A DNA stretch of 64,000 nucleotides from NCBI GenBank assembly GCA_964036045.1, contig OZ038379.1, positions 71,982,001 to 72,046,000 on the forward strand, written 5' to 3'. Below the pieces are notes generated by a model that saw nothing but the letters and a program-made list of their open reading frames with translations, ran no database searches and had not been told where the DNA came from. The stretch comes from Eutreptiella sp. 'Long Island Sound 2002'. Lineage: Eukaryota; Protista; Euglenida. This document shows positions 9,640-21,100 of this stretch, piece by piece (position 1 is the first letter of the stretch; the number at the start of each line of letters is the position of its first letter). A program made the position numbers and the translations under genes.

Positions 9640-11486
9640 AAGAAGGTCCCTACCAGGACCGGCCCCCGCTGTGCCCCTTCCGCCTGTTACCCCTGCTGAT
9701 TTACTCCGGATCAACGATTGCATTTCTCAAAATCCTCAAGGTCCAGGGTCCAAAATCCAAAAATATAGAAAATGTAATCCTCCTTCAACCCTGAACAGCA
9801 ACCAGATCCCACGAATACAGCAATAACCCAATTCACAATCCAAATCAGGCTGCGGGCTTTCGTTCAGCACATCGATGGTTTCACGATGGCGGGCATGTAC
9901 AAGAATTTCACCATGGAAGAAAGCCCTGAAATTGGCATATGAACACCAATAATGCAAAGTTGGGGAAAGAGGTAAACATACACATTCACAGCCATAAACC
10001 CCTCATTCCCTGGACTCAAGACCTTCCCTTGACTCACCAACATATTGCCCTGAACCAGGTCAAATGAGATGGCTGAATGCCATGTGTCACAAGTCACTAC
10101 ACAAACCCCAAAAATGTGTTCACTCCCAAGCCTCATAATCCTAGCCCAATGGGGGAGGTGGCGTGTCATGGTCCAGAGTGGCACTCAGGACCATGCCCTA
10201 CCCTGACATAACCTTGGTTGGACTTGGAGTCCAATGGGCTTGGAGATATGCCCCATGAGTTTGAACTCATAACATGCCAAAAAACTGCCAATTCACACCA
10301 TATTGGCCATATATCCAATATGTGCTCAAAATTGAGGTTACCACTTATCTGAAGGCTCAAAGCATGCATGGAGTCGAAGGCTAGTATTTCTGGAGAATAG
10401 AGTCCAAAGGCCAATGCCCATGTACATCCCCATTGTACCCTCGAACCCCCTTCAGATATGGGCGCCACGCACTGCCCAAGTCAGCCCATGATCGTGAGAC
10501 CAATTCTTGTGATCCTTCGTGCGCCAAGCCAAATGGAGTACGCGATCCGGCATATGGTGGTGTTTAACTCCAATGCATATGCCAACATATGAACAACATA
10601 CCATGGTTCGACTCACCATAGGCTTCTTGCTGTTTGCCGACCAGGTAAGTACACAAAACGCAAAAATGAGCAACAATTGAGGTCAAAAACATGAAAATAT
10701 GACCAAATACAAAGTTGTCATGATAGTATATCTCTATGCTCACCCATGATATCCGCTCATGATTCAATACACAAATGATTGGAACCATTTGCGAACAATT
10801 CTCCCTCTTGGATCCCCAATCAGGCGCATGGATATACCTTCGCCACTCATAGCTACATGCCCCATGAAAATGGGAGTGCACTCATGGATCTCTTTGCCAA
10901 ACATACCATGAGCAATACATACGCGGTAGACTTGGTCTAGCGCTTTGAATTCCACAATTGAGACAGGGGCAAAACCTTTGTCACGTATGGCTTCCCATCT
11001 CTTCGGCCACACGAAGATATATAACATGGGCGTGAGCATATCAAGACATATACCATGCATATAAAACATACCCTCAAAAGTGGCTCCCACCATGATATGC
11101 CATGTCACTCCATGGACATAACTTCACGTTAAAAATACGGAGGAACCCAAGAAAAGTATCTATGCAACCCCAACACTCATGCAGTACACTCGAAAGTCGC
11201 ATTAAAATATTCGGTTGCACGGTCCAAGAGTTATATATCACTTTATACCCTCTTGACCATTATCCCTTGCTACATCGGGCATGTGTACACATCAAAGCCG
11301 TTTGATACTTTCCAAATTGAGTTGAGACAAAGGCGCTTGCAACCCAACCTTTCTTCCTCTCTTACCTCACAGTCGCGCGTAGATATGACCCTTCAAAGTG
11401 GTCCCACGATTCACTTTTGTTTCCCTTATATCTCCAAGTCAAATGGGTGGCAAGTATAAGGGAAACCTGATTCGGGCATAGGGAAA
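9640..11486 (-). repeat. LTR-like non-coding leader of element B (about 1.85 kb)
   Basis: Direct repeat of 264-2102, lying immediately upstream of the PBS. The shared terminus reads 5'-TTTCCCTATGCCCGAATCAGG (not TG). Confidence 0.65.
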
Positions 11487-11929
11487 AGCGTACTGTCCGA
11501 AAATCACCACGTTTAGCTAAGTGCTCCCTTGTTACCTCATCATACCTTTTAGATTTGAAAAGATTGTCCTGAAATTCCTCCCAACCAATTCCCTCAATTC
11601 TTGGCATTCTGGAAACTGCTCATCCGATTCAATTACGGATCGGATACTACCGGAATACCGATCATTACGTACCTGAAACACGCGCTCCTGTATCCCAGGA
11701 TGAGACTCGAAATTGACATTCTTGAGGGGATGCCTGAAAGAAGGTAAAGGGGGTGACCAATCATCGGACGTCACTCCTGGATTGCCATCTCGTCCTGAAA
11801 ATTTATTGCGGGATGTGGATCGACGCACACATGGCCCGTCCTGGATCGTTGTCTGAACGCCTTGCTTGTTTCATAACCGTCATCCTCATCGTCATCCTCT
11901 TCTTCACTGGTTTGCATCCCTATGGAATC

Positions 11930-12370
11930 AAAGTATATGAACCGAAAACTTTCCCCTTTCGGCACAGTGAGCAGATCCTTATTGGGACCCTGGAAAATTG
12001 TTGACCGGGACGGGATATCCATGCAATCCAGGGTAATCCCTCCCAATGTCCACCATCAAGCCTTTTTCTTCCTGACAGGGATGATCATCAACCCGGAGCA
12101 ACCCTCAAAAAGTATCTTCTGCACCGTGCGTTTGTAAAGATGGAGGGGGGGATGTACCCACATACTCTTATTATTCCACGGCTGAGAAAGGGAACCCTTG
12201 TAGGGCCCCTTCCCAGTGTGCTGTGAATAAAAGGATGGAAGAAGAGACTGTGACTGGTTTTTTGAAAAAGCATCAACTGCGAGTTCTATGTCATTTGAAC
12301 GAGCCCAGGCGACAATTTGCTTTGCCACCTCAGGCCGTAGTGTAAGTTCTCCTTTATGGTATACATGTGA
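11930..12370 (-). pseudogene. N6-adenine DNA methyltransferase-like domain of element C
   Basis: ELTLRPEVAKQI...AVDAFS...LPSFYS...SLSQPWNNKSMWVHPPLHLYKRTVQKILFEGCSGLMIIPV...*WTLGGITLD. Collinear with the element B domain and retains an HPPL motif IV. Confidence 0.78.
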
Positions 12371-13140
12371 AAGATTGATCTTGCCCTGGTTCTTGCGTAT
12401 TTGCTTTTGCTGTTGCCGTCTGGCTGAAGTGGTTTCTTGTTTTGATATGCGATTTAGGGTTTCTGCACTGGGGTGGTTTTGGACTTTGTAGATTCCAGTA
12501 TAGATTCTAGATACGTCAGACTAAAATCATCCTTGGAGGAAGGAAGATCCCCTTCAAAAAGATGATCATGGTCCGCCCTGGTGTAACCCCATCCAGACAT
12601 AAAATGGTCTGGGGCGTACCGTTCTGGTTTTGATGTACTCCGAAGAACAGAGACAGATGACTCACTGACTGTGTCCTCATCAGAGTTCATTTCCTCAGTA
12701 CCACACTCAGACGACGAATCCCACCATGCTTGGTCTGACAAATCCCTTCCAGCCCCAAGCCGCCGCGGCTGACTAGGCTCACGCGGCATAGAGTTATCTT
12801 TATACGGGTGTGTCACACCCTCATATTCATGTAGCAGATGGTCCACCATCCTGCAATACATGGCAGGCACTCCATTCCGGAGTCCTGGCGCACACTCCGG
12901 TGTGTATACGGGCGACGACGTTTTGCCAAAAAGCAGCGCATTGAGCATTGCCTCAGGGTTTTTGTTTTGAATCTTTATATTGTTTATTTGGATGGCCCAC
13001 ACCGTGATGGCATAACTACACGCTGCTCTTGTAAAAGCATAGTATAGCATGCAACCTGCAATGTGGGCCATCATTTGATATTTCAGTATTGAAAATACAA
13101 ATGTGGATAATAAGGGGGAAGGGGAAGTTAGTACGGACGT

Positions 13141-13548
13141 CCCTGTACTGCCAAATCCAGCGGCGCCTCGGGATGTATCGTCCATACTAGTAACCTCCCT
13201 CACACTGGGGAGCACACACTGTTCACAGATCAGTTGTGCTATTCTGTCGCCTGTGGTAACAGATTATGCTACCCTGGTCTGGGCAAACAGAACTACGCCA
13301 ATTTTACCTCTGTAGTCGGCGTCGACTACTCCCGCCCCCACAGCTAAACCGTGATGTTTCGTTAACCCGGACCTTGGTGCAACTCGGATGTAGGTACAGG
13401 GGGGTTCTGTGGCGGACAAGCCTGTGCTAACTACTGCGTAGCCCCAAGGAGGTATAACACAATCCTCTGCTGCTGTAATATCTAGTCCAGCAGACTGAGG
13501 TGTTCCACGCTTCAGAATTGTGGACCATTCAGACTACCTCATGAAATC
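13141..13548 (-). pseudogene. dut: Trimeric-type dUTPase with all five motifs, two in-frame stops and a probable frameshift
   Basis: SAGLDI (1), RVAPRSGL (2), AGVVDADYRG (3), GDRIAQL (4), [10 protein letters not shown] (5). Confidence 0.93.
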
Positions 13549-14109
13549 GATAACCGGTTTGGGATCAGGTTGGATGGACACCCCATTTATGCTACTTTGT
13601 GCATGTTGTAGCATGTCAAATGTGATGCCATTTCCGGAGCTATACAGCGTGTGAGTTAACTCCTGTACTGCTTCGGTTTGAACAACCTGATTATGGTAGA
13701 TTTCTGCTTCGTGAGGAGGTTTGAGCGGCAGACTACGAGTCGTGCAGTGTAGTGCCGTGCCCATCAGGGCCGGCCTGGGGTTGTTTGAGAAGGTGATGAC
13801 CTGCACTGTCTGCTTGAACTCCACTACTGGTGACCTTTGACGTGACCTGCTTCTGTTCTTGCAATGTATCCTACAATCTGGGTGACGCTCGTAGGTACAA
13901 AGTAGCGTCGGGGCCGGCTCCTCTGCTGGCTGGACGACTGCCAGCCGAGCTGTGTCCCTACAATCCTCGCACTTGTGTTCAGGACAACATTGCAATGACA
14001 TGCAAAAAGCACATGTGTCTGGTCGATATTGAAGACGGTTCAACCAGGAAGCAATTGTGATGAGTTCCAAGGGTACCAGATATGGGACGTCGGGGAGGAG
14101 GGCAAGACA

Positions 14110-14430
14110 GTAGCGATGCAAAAAAGGAAAACCTAAGATAACATGTTTTCCTATTGAGACTATTTAGATGAAGATTCGTCGACATCCCATTAAACACACA
14201 CCATGTGCAGTCCAACAGGGTGTCTGCACATCCACCCAAACCCCCGTTTTCTCTCCAAAAAGATGATTCCGATCCGCCCCGGTTATCTTTAGCGGCTTCG
14301 GGGCTGGTACTACCATGTGGGGAGGAGAGCATTCCGGACCTGCCACAGCTTCCATTTCTGCGCCTGTGTCTGCCAGGCCATCCATCTCGAGGGTTGTGGC
14401 CGCTGGATCTGCCAAAGAGAACATCCGAGC
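14110..14430 (-). pseudogene. Aspartic protease of element C
   Basis: GLADTGAEME...PLKITGAD...HVILGFPFL, with one in-frame stop. Confidence 0.82.
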
Positions 14431-14829
14431 GGGGGTCATCAAGCTCTTGGGAGAGGGCTTCTTAGTTTTCACTTTACAAAACGGGGGGCGCATTTGCTCA
14501 TGTATACTGTCTGCAAATGAGAAAATATTTTTTGGGGCTGATACCCATTCCTGTTCTTTTGCGGTAGCCCATTTCCCCACAGCTGCCGTTTTCTCGCACG
14601 GGTCGGGGGGCTGCCTTCAAGGCGCCGGGCTGGGATTTTGGCCCATCAAGCTGTGCGCGAGGTTCCACCACTCGGTGGCCCTTACTACCTCCGGCAACCC
14701 TCTATTTGTCTTCTTCCTCTGCCTGCACCTCATCCAACGGAAGTGGGTGAGGCGACCTGGACCTGCGAGGGCTCGGAGTGGCCCTTCGCTCATGCCGGTC
14801 CTTGTCCCATCCTTTTGGGGCTCTTTCAG

Positions 14830-16380
14830 GGTACTTGAACCAACAGTTGTCCGAGTTATGGTCCCGTTTCTTGCAGTGTTCCCCATACCTTTTTGAGCCA
14901 CTCAGGCTACGTTTACTACCAACACTGTCCCTACGGTCCCTATTCTGTCGATCTCGACTACGGCTTCTATCCCTGTCCTTTCAATTTTCACCACTGCCTT
15001 TAGTGCGACTGCGATGACCATCCCCATGTCGGTCCCCACTACGGTCCCATTTCTCGTCAGGTCTATCCCTACTGCAACCACGATCACCCGTGGCATACCT
15101 GTCCTTACTTGGACTTCGCTCACCAAACTTGTCTTGCGGGTACTCCTTCTGCTTATCGTCTCGACCATACCTGCTGGGACTTCGGGTATGGCCATCCTGA
15201 CTAGGCCTGCTGGGGCTGCGAGTTTGACCACGGTCTCTGTGTGAACTACCGCTTCGCTCCCAACTACGGCTCCGTCGTTCACTAAAATCTCTGGACTTCC
15301 GAGTCCGAAAGCTACTGCCCCGTCGTTTGGGGTCTGCCCGCTCCTTGCTGTAACTCCTTTGCCCGTCCCTACTATACCGCCTGTTCGGGGTCCCCTGACC
15401 TCGGTATGGGGAACGACCTCTATTCCTGTCAATGTCATATATGGCTCTGATTCGCGCATCGCGCTTTCTCTCCCGAGCTTCCTGGCGTCCCACATCCTCC
15501 AATGTCAAATAATGCGGCATGACACAACAATGTAGCTCGAGGTACGTGTAGCGCTTGCCGCGTTCCGCATGACGAGTGTTAATGCGTCTTAGGACCTTGT
15601 CAAATCCCCGTGTGTGTCCGCTTCTGGCGTGTGCCCTCATGAGTTGCATAAACTGTTGGTGTGCCGTAAACTTAGGAACACCTCCGGTAACTTGTTGAAT
15701 TGCAGCATGCATAATGCAAAGAAATCAGCCAACCTTTGGGGGGTCAACTCATCTGGGAACTGCATTGCCATCCACTCATCACCGGGTTCCTCGGGATTGG
15801 TATTACGACGCCCATCCCGAGAAATCCTCCACAGCAACTCAAAAAAAATGATCTTAGGACCCCTTTTTAGCTTAAGCCATTTAGCCTGTTCCCCTGCTGG
15901 TGGAGCCATGATGACATTCTCCAGGAGTGCCTGCTGAGTTTGATGTTGACCGTAGTTGTCATACCATTCCAACACGGTCAGCTCATAGTCGTACCATGGA
16001 GTACCTCCAACATATACCGGAAACTTTGCCCGCTTACGTACTGCCTTCAATTTTTCCGGATCGTAAAATGGGTGCCCCTCAGTAGACCATATCTTCCCTG
16101 GATCCTGAGTCTTAGGCCTCTGTTCGTAGATCAACTTGAGTAAATTCTCTGGAGGCCGGACCTCGCGGAATGCCCATCCGTCCTCAATTCCGGTTGTTAC
16201 TAATTTACTATTACGTTTATCCTCAGGGGGGAACATCGCATAGGCCGGGTCAAAATAACATTCCTCATCATAGCACCAGCTTATTTGCTTCCATTCTGCC
16301 TGCTGTACCTCAGTGATACTCACCATGCGAGGTGCTTGGCTTGGTGGTGCTTGTTGTGGGGGTTGGGAGGGGGTGGGCAT
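14830..16380 (-). pseudogene. gag: Gag of element C: capsid-like region, RS-rich domain and degenerate CCHC knuckle
   Basis: KFPVYVGGTPWYDYELTVLEW (capsid-like); RSRSWERS...RSPSRPS...RSPSRYG; YGEHCKKRDHNSDNCW (first Cys lost). Frameshifted. Confidence 0.65.
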
Positions 16381-16535
16381 TTGCGTCTAAGGGGGGGGCA
16401 ACCATTCACTCGCAACTGAGGTTGGCGGTTGTACCGGCGTTAATGGTGTGGCTTGGATTGCCGGCCCCCGGCAATTTGAGAGGCATGCCCCCCAACTGAA
16501 CTGTGGTATCCAAATCAAGCAACCGTTTGGCAGCA

Positions 16536-17898
16536 TCAGACAGCTCTTTCGTGCACAAGTGGGGGGGGAAATTGTTCTTCCAGCACCTTGATTTCTCCTA
16601 CTTGGCCGGAATAGAGAGAAAATTGAGGCGTTGTGTCATTGGGCCGAAAAACACTGCGCACTGCTGGTTGCGGCATGGCTGCGGAACCAACATTGTTATC
16701 CGCTTTTTCATCCATGTCATTGGAAAAGCGTTGATTTGCACGGGCTGCCTCTACTGCCTCCTGAATTTCCTCGGTGGGAGTATTGTCTTTACCACTTGGT
16801 TCCTCAAGAATGTCTTGACCCGGTCTTCGAGTTCCGATGCGAACGCCTTCTAGCCCGTCTGTTGCGTTCACATCGGGCTTTGCGTCCAGCATCTGTTGAA
16901 TCTCATTCCTATGCCGCGGAGTGTCAGCGACATGCACCTCACTCTCCAAACAAGCCGTTTCCGGTCGTTCTGCTTACGCCTTTGTATCCAAAGTGTCCTG
17001 TTTAACCTGTTGTTGCAGACCTAGGAGTTCCTCGGAAGCTTTTTTGACCCTCTCGGCCTGCTTATTGTGAGTCTCCGTTAGCACCCGGCGTGTTTCAGTG
17101 CTTTGTAACTCCGCTTGTGATATCAAATCCTGTGCTTGGTCCTTCCACAAGACTGCTTGCGCAGCTTGTGTCTCTGCAACTGCATGGGCTTCCTCTACTC
17201 GATTCAATGTGTCCCTGATTGTCAGGTCTGCTGTGGTGTAGTGACCCTTGAAGTTAGAGGCAATTTCCTGAATTTGCCTGAATTTGGCCGCATTTTCTTC
17301 GGTTATTTTTTCACAACGCCCTGAATTCGTTCATGGGTAACCCGTGTAGCCAATTTCTCGTCAACACTCTTCACAAAGCGTTCCTAGGTTTCCACTTTGA
17401 GCAAACCTTGCACCATCGTGTTCAACCTACTGTCAACCACACAAGTTTGCAACCGGTGATTCAAGGTGTGGTATACCTCCCTCTGCTCCTCGAATTGCGA
17501 AAAGGACACACATGCGTCGATGGAAGCCTGCAATCGATGCGAGCCTGCATGCTGCTCGCTTGGTCCGGTCAGGAATTTGGAAGTGGCATGGGCAAGGAGA
17601 GGATTCTGACGGCGCGCTTTGATTGCCTACGTCTTTTCTTCTCCTTGGTTTGAACGTGCTCTGCTAGAAACCGTTCAAAAGGGTCATTTGTGTCGGTTCC
17701 ATCATGATGTTCGTCCTCGTCATGTTGTTCATGATAGTGTTTTGATTCGATCTCAATGTTGTATAAAAGGCCGAATCGATGCCGATTTTTTTCCGGTTGT
17801 TTTTTCTTTTGTGTCCACTCTTTGGCCCTAACGTTGGAAATCCTTTTGAAGTACAAGGCACGCGCAGACTCAACCAAAATACTCCGTGTTCTCAACAA
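16536..17898 (-). pseudogene. Probable gag N-terminal coiled-coil region of element C, fragmented
   Basis: Consecutive minus-strand ORF pieces rich in E/Q/A/K heptads directly upstream of the capsid-like ORF. Confidence 0.45.
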
Positions 17899-18199
17899 TC
17901 ATGCGATCATTGTAGATGGAATAAAATCGGCATACTATGAACATAGAACATATGTACATAGTGTTGCATGGGAGGATTGGAGAGAACACATTGTATCTAA
18001 CACGCAATGAAATCAACATTGCACATTCACAGATGAGAGAGAACACATTGGTTGTGACATGGAATGAAATCCCAAATCCAAATTCAGAAATGCAGAGATT
18101 ATTCCCGATCCCTAAATCTGAAATTGTCGAATGCTCAAAGATCTGGCGACCAACAGGGCGCCAATGCGATCTCGATCATTACGCACCCATCTTGGTGTC

Positions 18200-21100
18200 G
18201 ATCCTATTACACCGACCCTGTTGCGGCAACAGCGCGTCATTGTCGTCGTCCTCCGGATCCAACAAGTCCTCGTCTGCAACTTCTGCATGGGCCTTTCAAC
18301 TTGCCTCCTCTGCAGACGGCACTTCCAGATGGGAATACCCTAGTTTCTCATCCTCTACCCACGTCTGCATGCCAAACTGGATCCAGAACTCACACTGCGC
18401 CAATCTGGTCTGGTCAATCCCTGCTTGCAGATGCTGCGTCACCCCTTGATGGTAGCTGCGTCACCAGTCCATCCGCTTTGATTTGGTCAACTGCAGAGAA
18501 CAAACCTGTGGAGGATAATCCAAAGCTGCCATTTTGGCTGCCATGTGCACATCGCGATGGAGGATCATGCCGTTGTCTGAGCGGTCTCTGTTCCGCATCA
18601 GTGTCGCAAGCCACAAAAAGAAGACAAGGTGCATGAACCCTGGCTCATCACGTTCGCGGCGACCCAAGCTGCTATATGGTGGGATTTGCAGTGAGGAGAG
18701 GCAACATGTTAGAGGGAATGTGAGGCTTTGCAATCTGAAAGCGTTGTACATAACTTTTTCCTGATCTTTACACCGGCCAGCAGAACCAGTGCTCTTACTT
18801 GAATCCCGCCTTTCCCCGTCTTGCCTGGGACCTTCAGCCAGTGACACACCTCCGACGTTCTCATGCCAGTAATCGTGCTCAACAAGTCCAGGTGCCTCCA
18901 GAACTGTTTGCAGCGCGTCCAACGCGGGCGACACCTCAGCGTAGATGGCCACCACAATTTCGCGGTTGTTGATGAACATCGTCGTCACAACGGAACTCAC
19001 ACAATGAGCACCATGCGCCAGATTTGCATTCAGAAGAATCATGTCCGTTTCCAGCGCCTCCCAGAACTTGAGGGATCTTGTGGATCTTTTTACGGGGCGC
19101 AAAACATTTTGACCATCTCGCCACCGACCCCAATGTTCAGCACATCCACTGTTCCAGACTCCGTACACTTGACCTTTGTCAAGGGAATTGCCAGTCTTGC
19201 ACACAGGCGGCCAAGGTCAATTGTTGCCCCACACTTTGAAAGCGTGTTAGCCATCACCGTCCAGAACCGCGCCATGCTCAATGTTGCCCACTTTGGCGTC
19301 GGAGCCCTCTGTTTCCACTGCCAGGCCCCGAAAGGGATCCCAAACCAATTGATATCCCAGTCCTGCAGCGGTACCCTCTCAGCCGGACTGGCCTGTGCAC
19401 AGGTGGTGAAAGAGTTTGTAGCACGATTTTTCCTGGTGTCTGCGTCCTTGCCTACTTGCCGTTCAGGGGAAGATACTTCTGGTCGGACGGACTGACGCTG
19501 TCCGGAGTGGCTCCGCAATGCCAATTGGTCCACTGCTGCTTCTGATAAGTAGAGGCCCAGTCCTGGATATCCTCAATGTTCACCTTTGGTCTCGACATGT
19601 CGGCGGCGACTCGTTCTAGGAGGGCTGGTTCTTACAGACCTTGCAGAAACTAGATCTGATTCGGACTGCAACGCTGCCTCCTCAGCGTGGTACACCAACG
19701 TGGAGAAGTATGCAAAGGCCTTCACCGCATAAGACTATGCAGGAGGAGGATGTGTTGCCTGATTGCGGTTTGCAATGCCTTGCATTCCAAAAGGCAACAT
19801 TCTTGGAGTTCATCATCGGAAACCTGTGCTGGTATCCATGCACTTCGCTAGTGGCCTTCGGAATGTTTCGGTGAATGTGACTGGCGCTACCGCCGGCGGA
19901 ACCCGCCGCCGCCGCAGCCCCAGGCCCCACACAAGCGGCGGTGCAGGTGACGGCTGCGCCCGGCGACGATGGTCCTGGGCGGTGGGGACAGGGGGGTGAG
20001 GAAGGATGAGCGACCACAACCAGCCCCCGGCAGGCCCGGGCCCCCCATTCCAGAGCGCCCTCGCCACCCCCCCCGCCGTTAGCGCAACAGAGCGACGCGC
20101 GCCGCCCCCAGTAGGGGGGAGGGCGGGAGCCGCGAGCGCGCGGACGCGCGCGGCGCGGAGACCCCACTGCCCCGCACACCGCTAATCACTAACTGCCGAC
20201 CCGGACCACCACCCCCAGCACCCGCCAGCCCTCCCCCCCCCCCCCACTGGTACCACGCGGCGATGCCACGGCGACGAGGAGAGTGGGGGGCCCGAGGGTA
20301 AGGAGCAGCACGACGGCTTAGCGCCCGGAGGCTGGAGGGGAGCAGGAGGGGAGTGCGCTCCCCCCCCGTCAACGGCTGCCCCCCCAGAACTGGGGCCACC
20401 AGGCCGCCCCCCTGCAGCCACCGGGGAGCAGCACCAGGGGATAAGAGAGGGACAGCCGGGAGCCCCCCCCCCCCCCTCCCCCCTCTGCCGCCCCAACCAA
20501 CCGACAGCCGGAGGCCGGCCAGGGGGACGGCGGCCCTGCATCCCCCCCGCCGGTCCCGGGGGAAGCCCCCCCCCCCCCGAGAGGGTCGCTACACCCAGGG
20601 AGGGGCGCCACTGTCGCGGTACGCGCTGCTGTACGCCACGTACTCCCAGTCAGCCGCCCGCCCACTCATGCAATACCCGCAGCAGGCCTGCAGCCCTGCG
20701 CCGGCGCGCAAGGGCACCCTGTTGGCCCCACCAGGACGGCGGCATGCGGACGTGAGTCATTGCAGTGTGGAGGGCGGGGCAATGACGAAGCGACCCGCCT
20801 TGGTGCCCGCCTGGGGAGGGCGGAGAGACGAACCGCAGCAGAGCAACCTTCCCGCCCCCCGCCCCGCGGGGCCCCCCGGCCGAGCCCCCGAGGAGGGGCG
20901 GCGCACCTACCACCCCCCCCGCCCCGCCAGACTGACCCACCAGCGGCCGGTCAGACCGCGCCCGGCACCCGGGGCGGCCAAACAGCCCCGGCCGAGCATG
21001 CAGCAGGGGGCAATGCGCGGCGCCACACTGCTGGTCATGAAGGGGGCCAGGGCAGGGGGCCACAGACCACCCCCCCCGGAGGAGGGTGGTGAGGGACCAC

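Larger units (their letters stand above)
2617..11486 (-). mobile_element. Ty3/Gypsy LTR retrotransposon B, 3'-truncated within integrase
   Basis: Order LTR-like leader, PBS, gag, zinc knuckle, PR, MTase-like, RT, RNase H, IN (Gypsy order). Several in-frame stops and frameshifts. Confidence 0.92.
11487..17900 (-). mobile_element. Second, distinct Gypsy-like retrotransposon C (gag-PR-dUTPase-MTase-start of RT), decayed and cut by element B
   Basis: Domain motifs listed separately. The RT start ELRELV...KRGDFRTVR (compare element B ELKERL...DRGRFGTAK) abuts the B terminus at 11486. The 5' boundary is approximate. Confidence 0.8.

Noticed and set aside
264-11486. 264-2102 and 9640-11486 as the 3' and 5' LTRs of one complete element
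   Set aside because: Both are followed by a PBS and gag, the integrase is truncated, and no PPT precedes the left copy on the element strand.
18156-18163. tRNA-Lys-like PBS (TGGCGCCC) for element C
   Set aside because: Only 8 nt match and no adjacent LTR could be defined.
18528-18539. 12-bp match to the dinoflagellate spliced-leader core (GCCATTTTGGCT)
   Set aside because: Partial, lies antisense within the decayed LINE with no downstream gene, and is compatible with chance.
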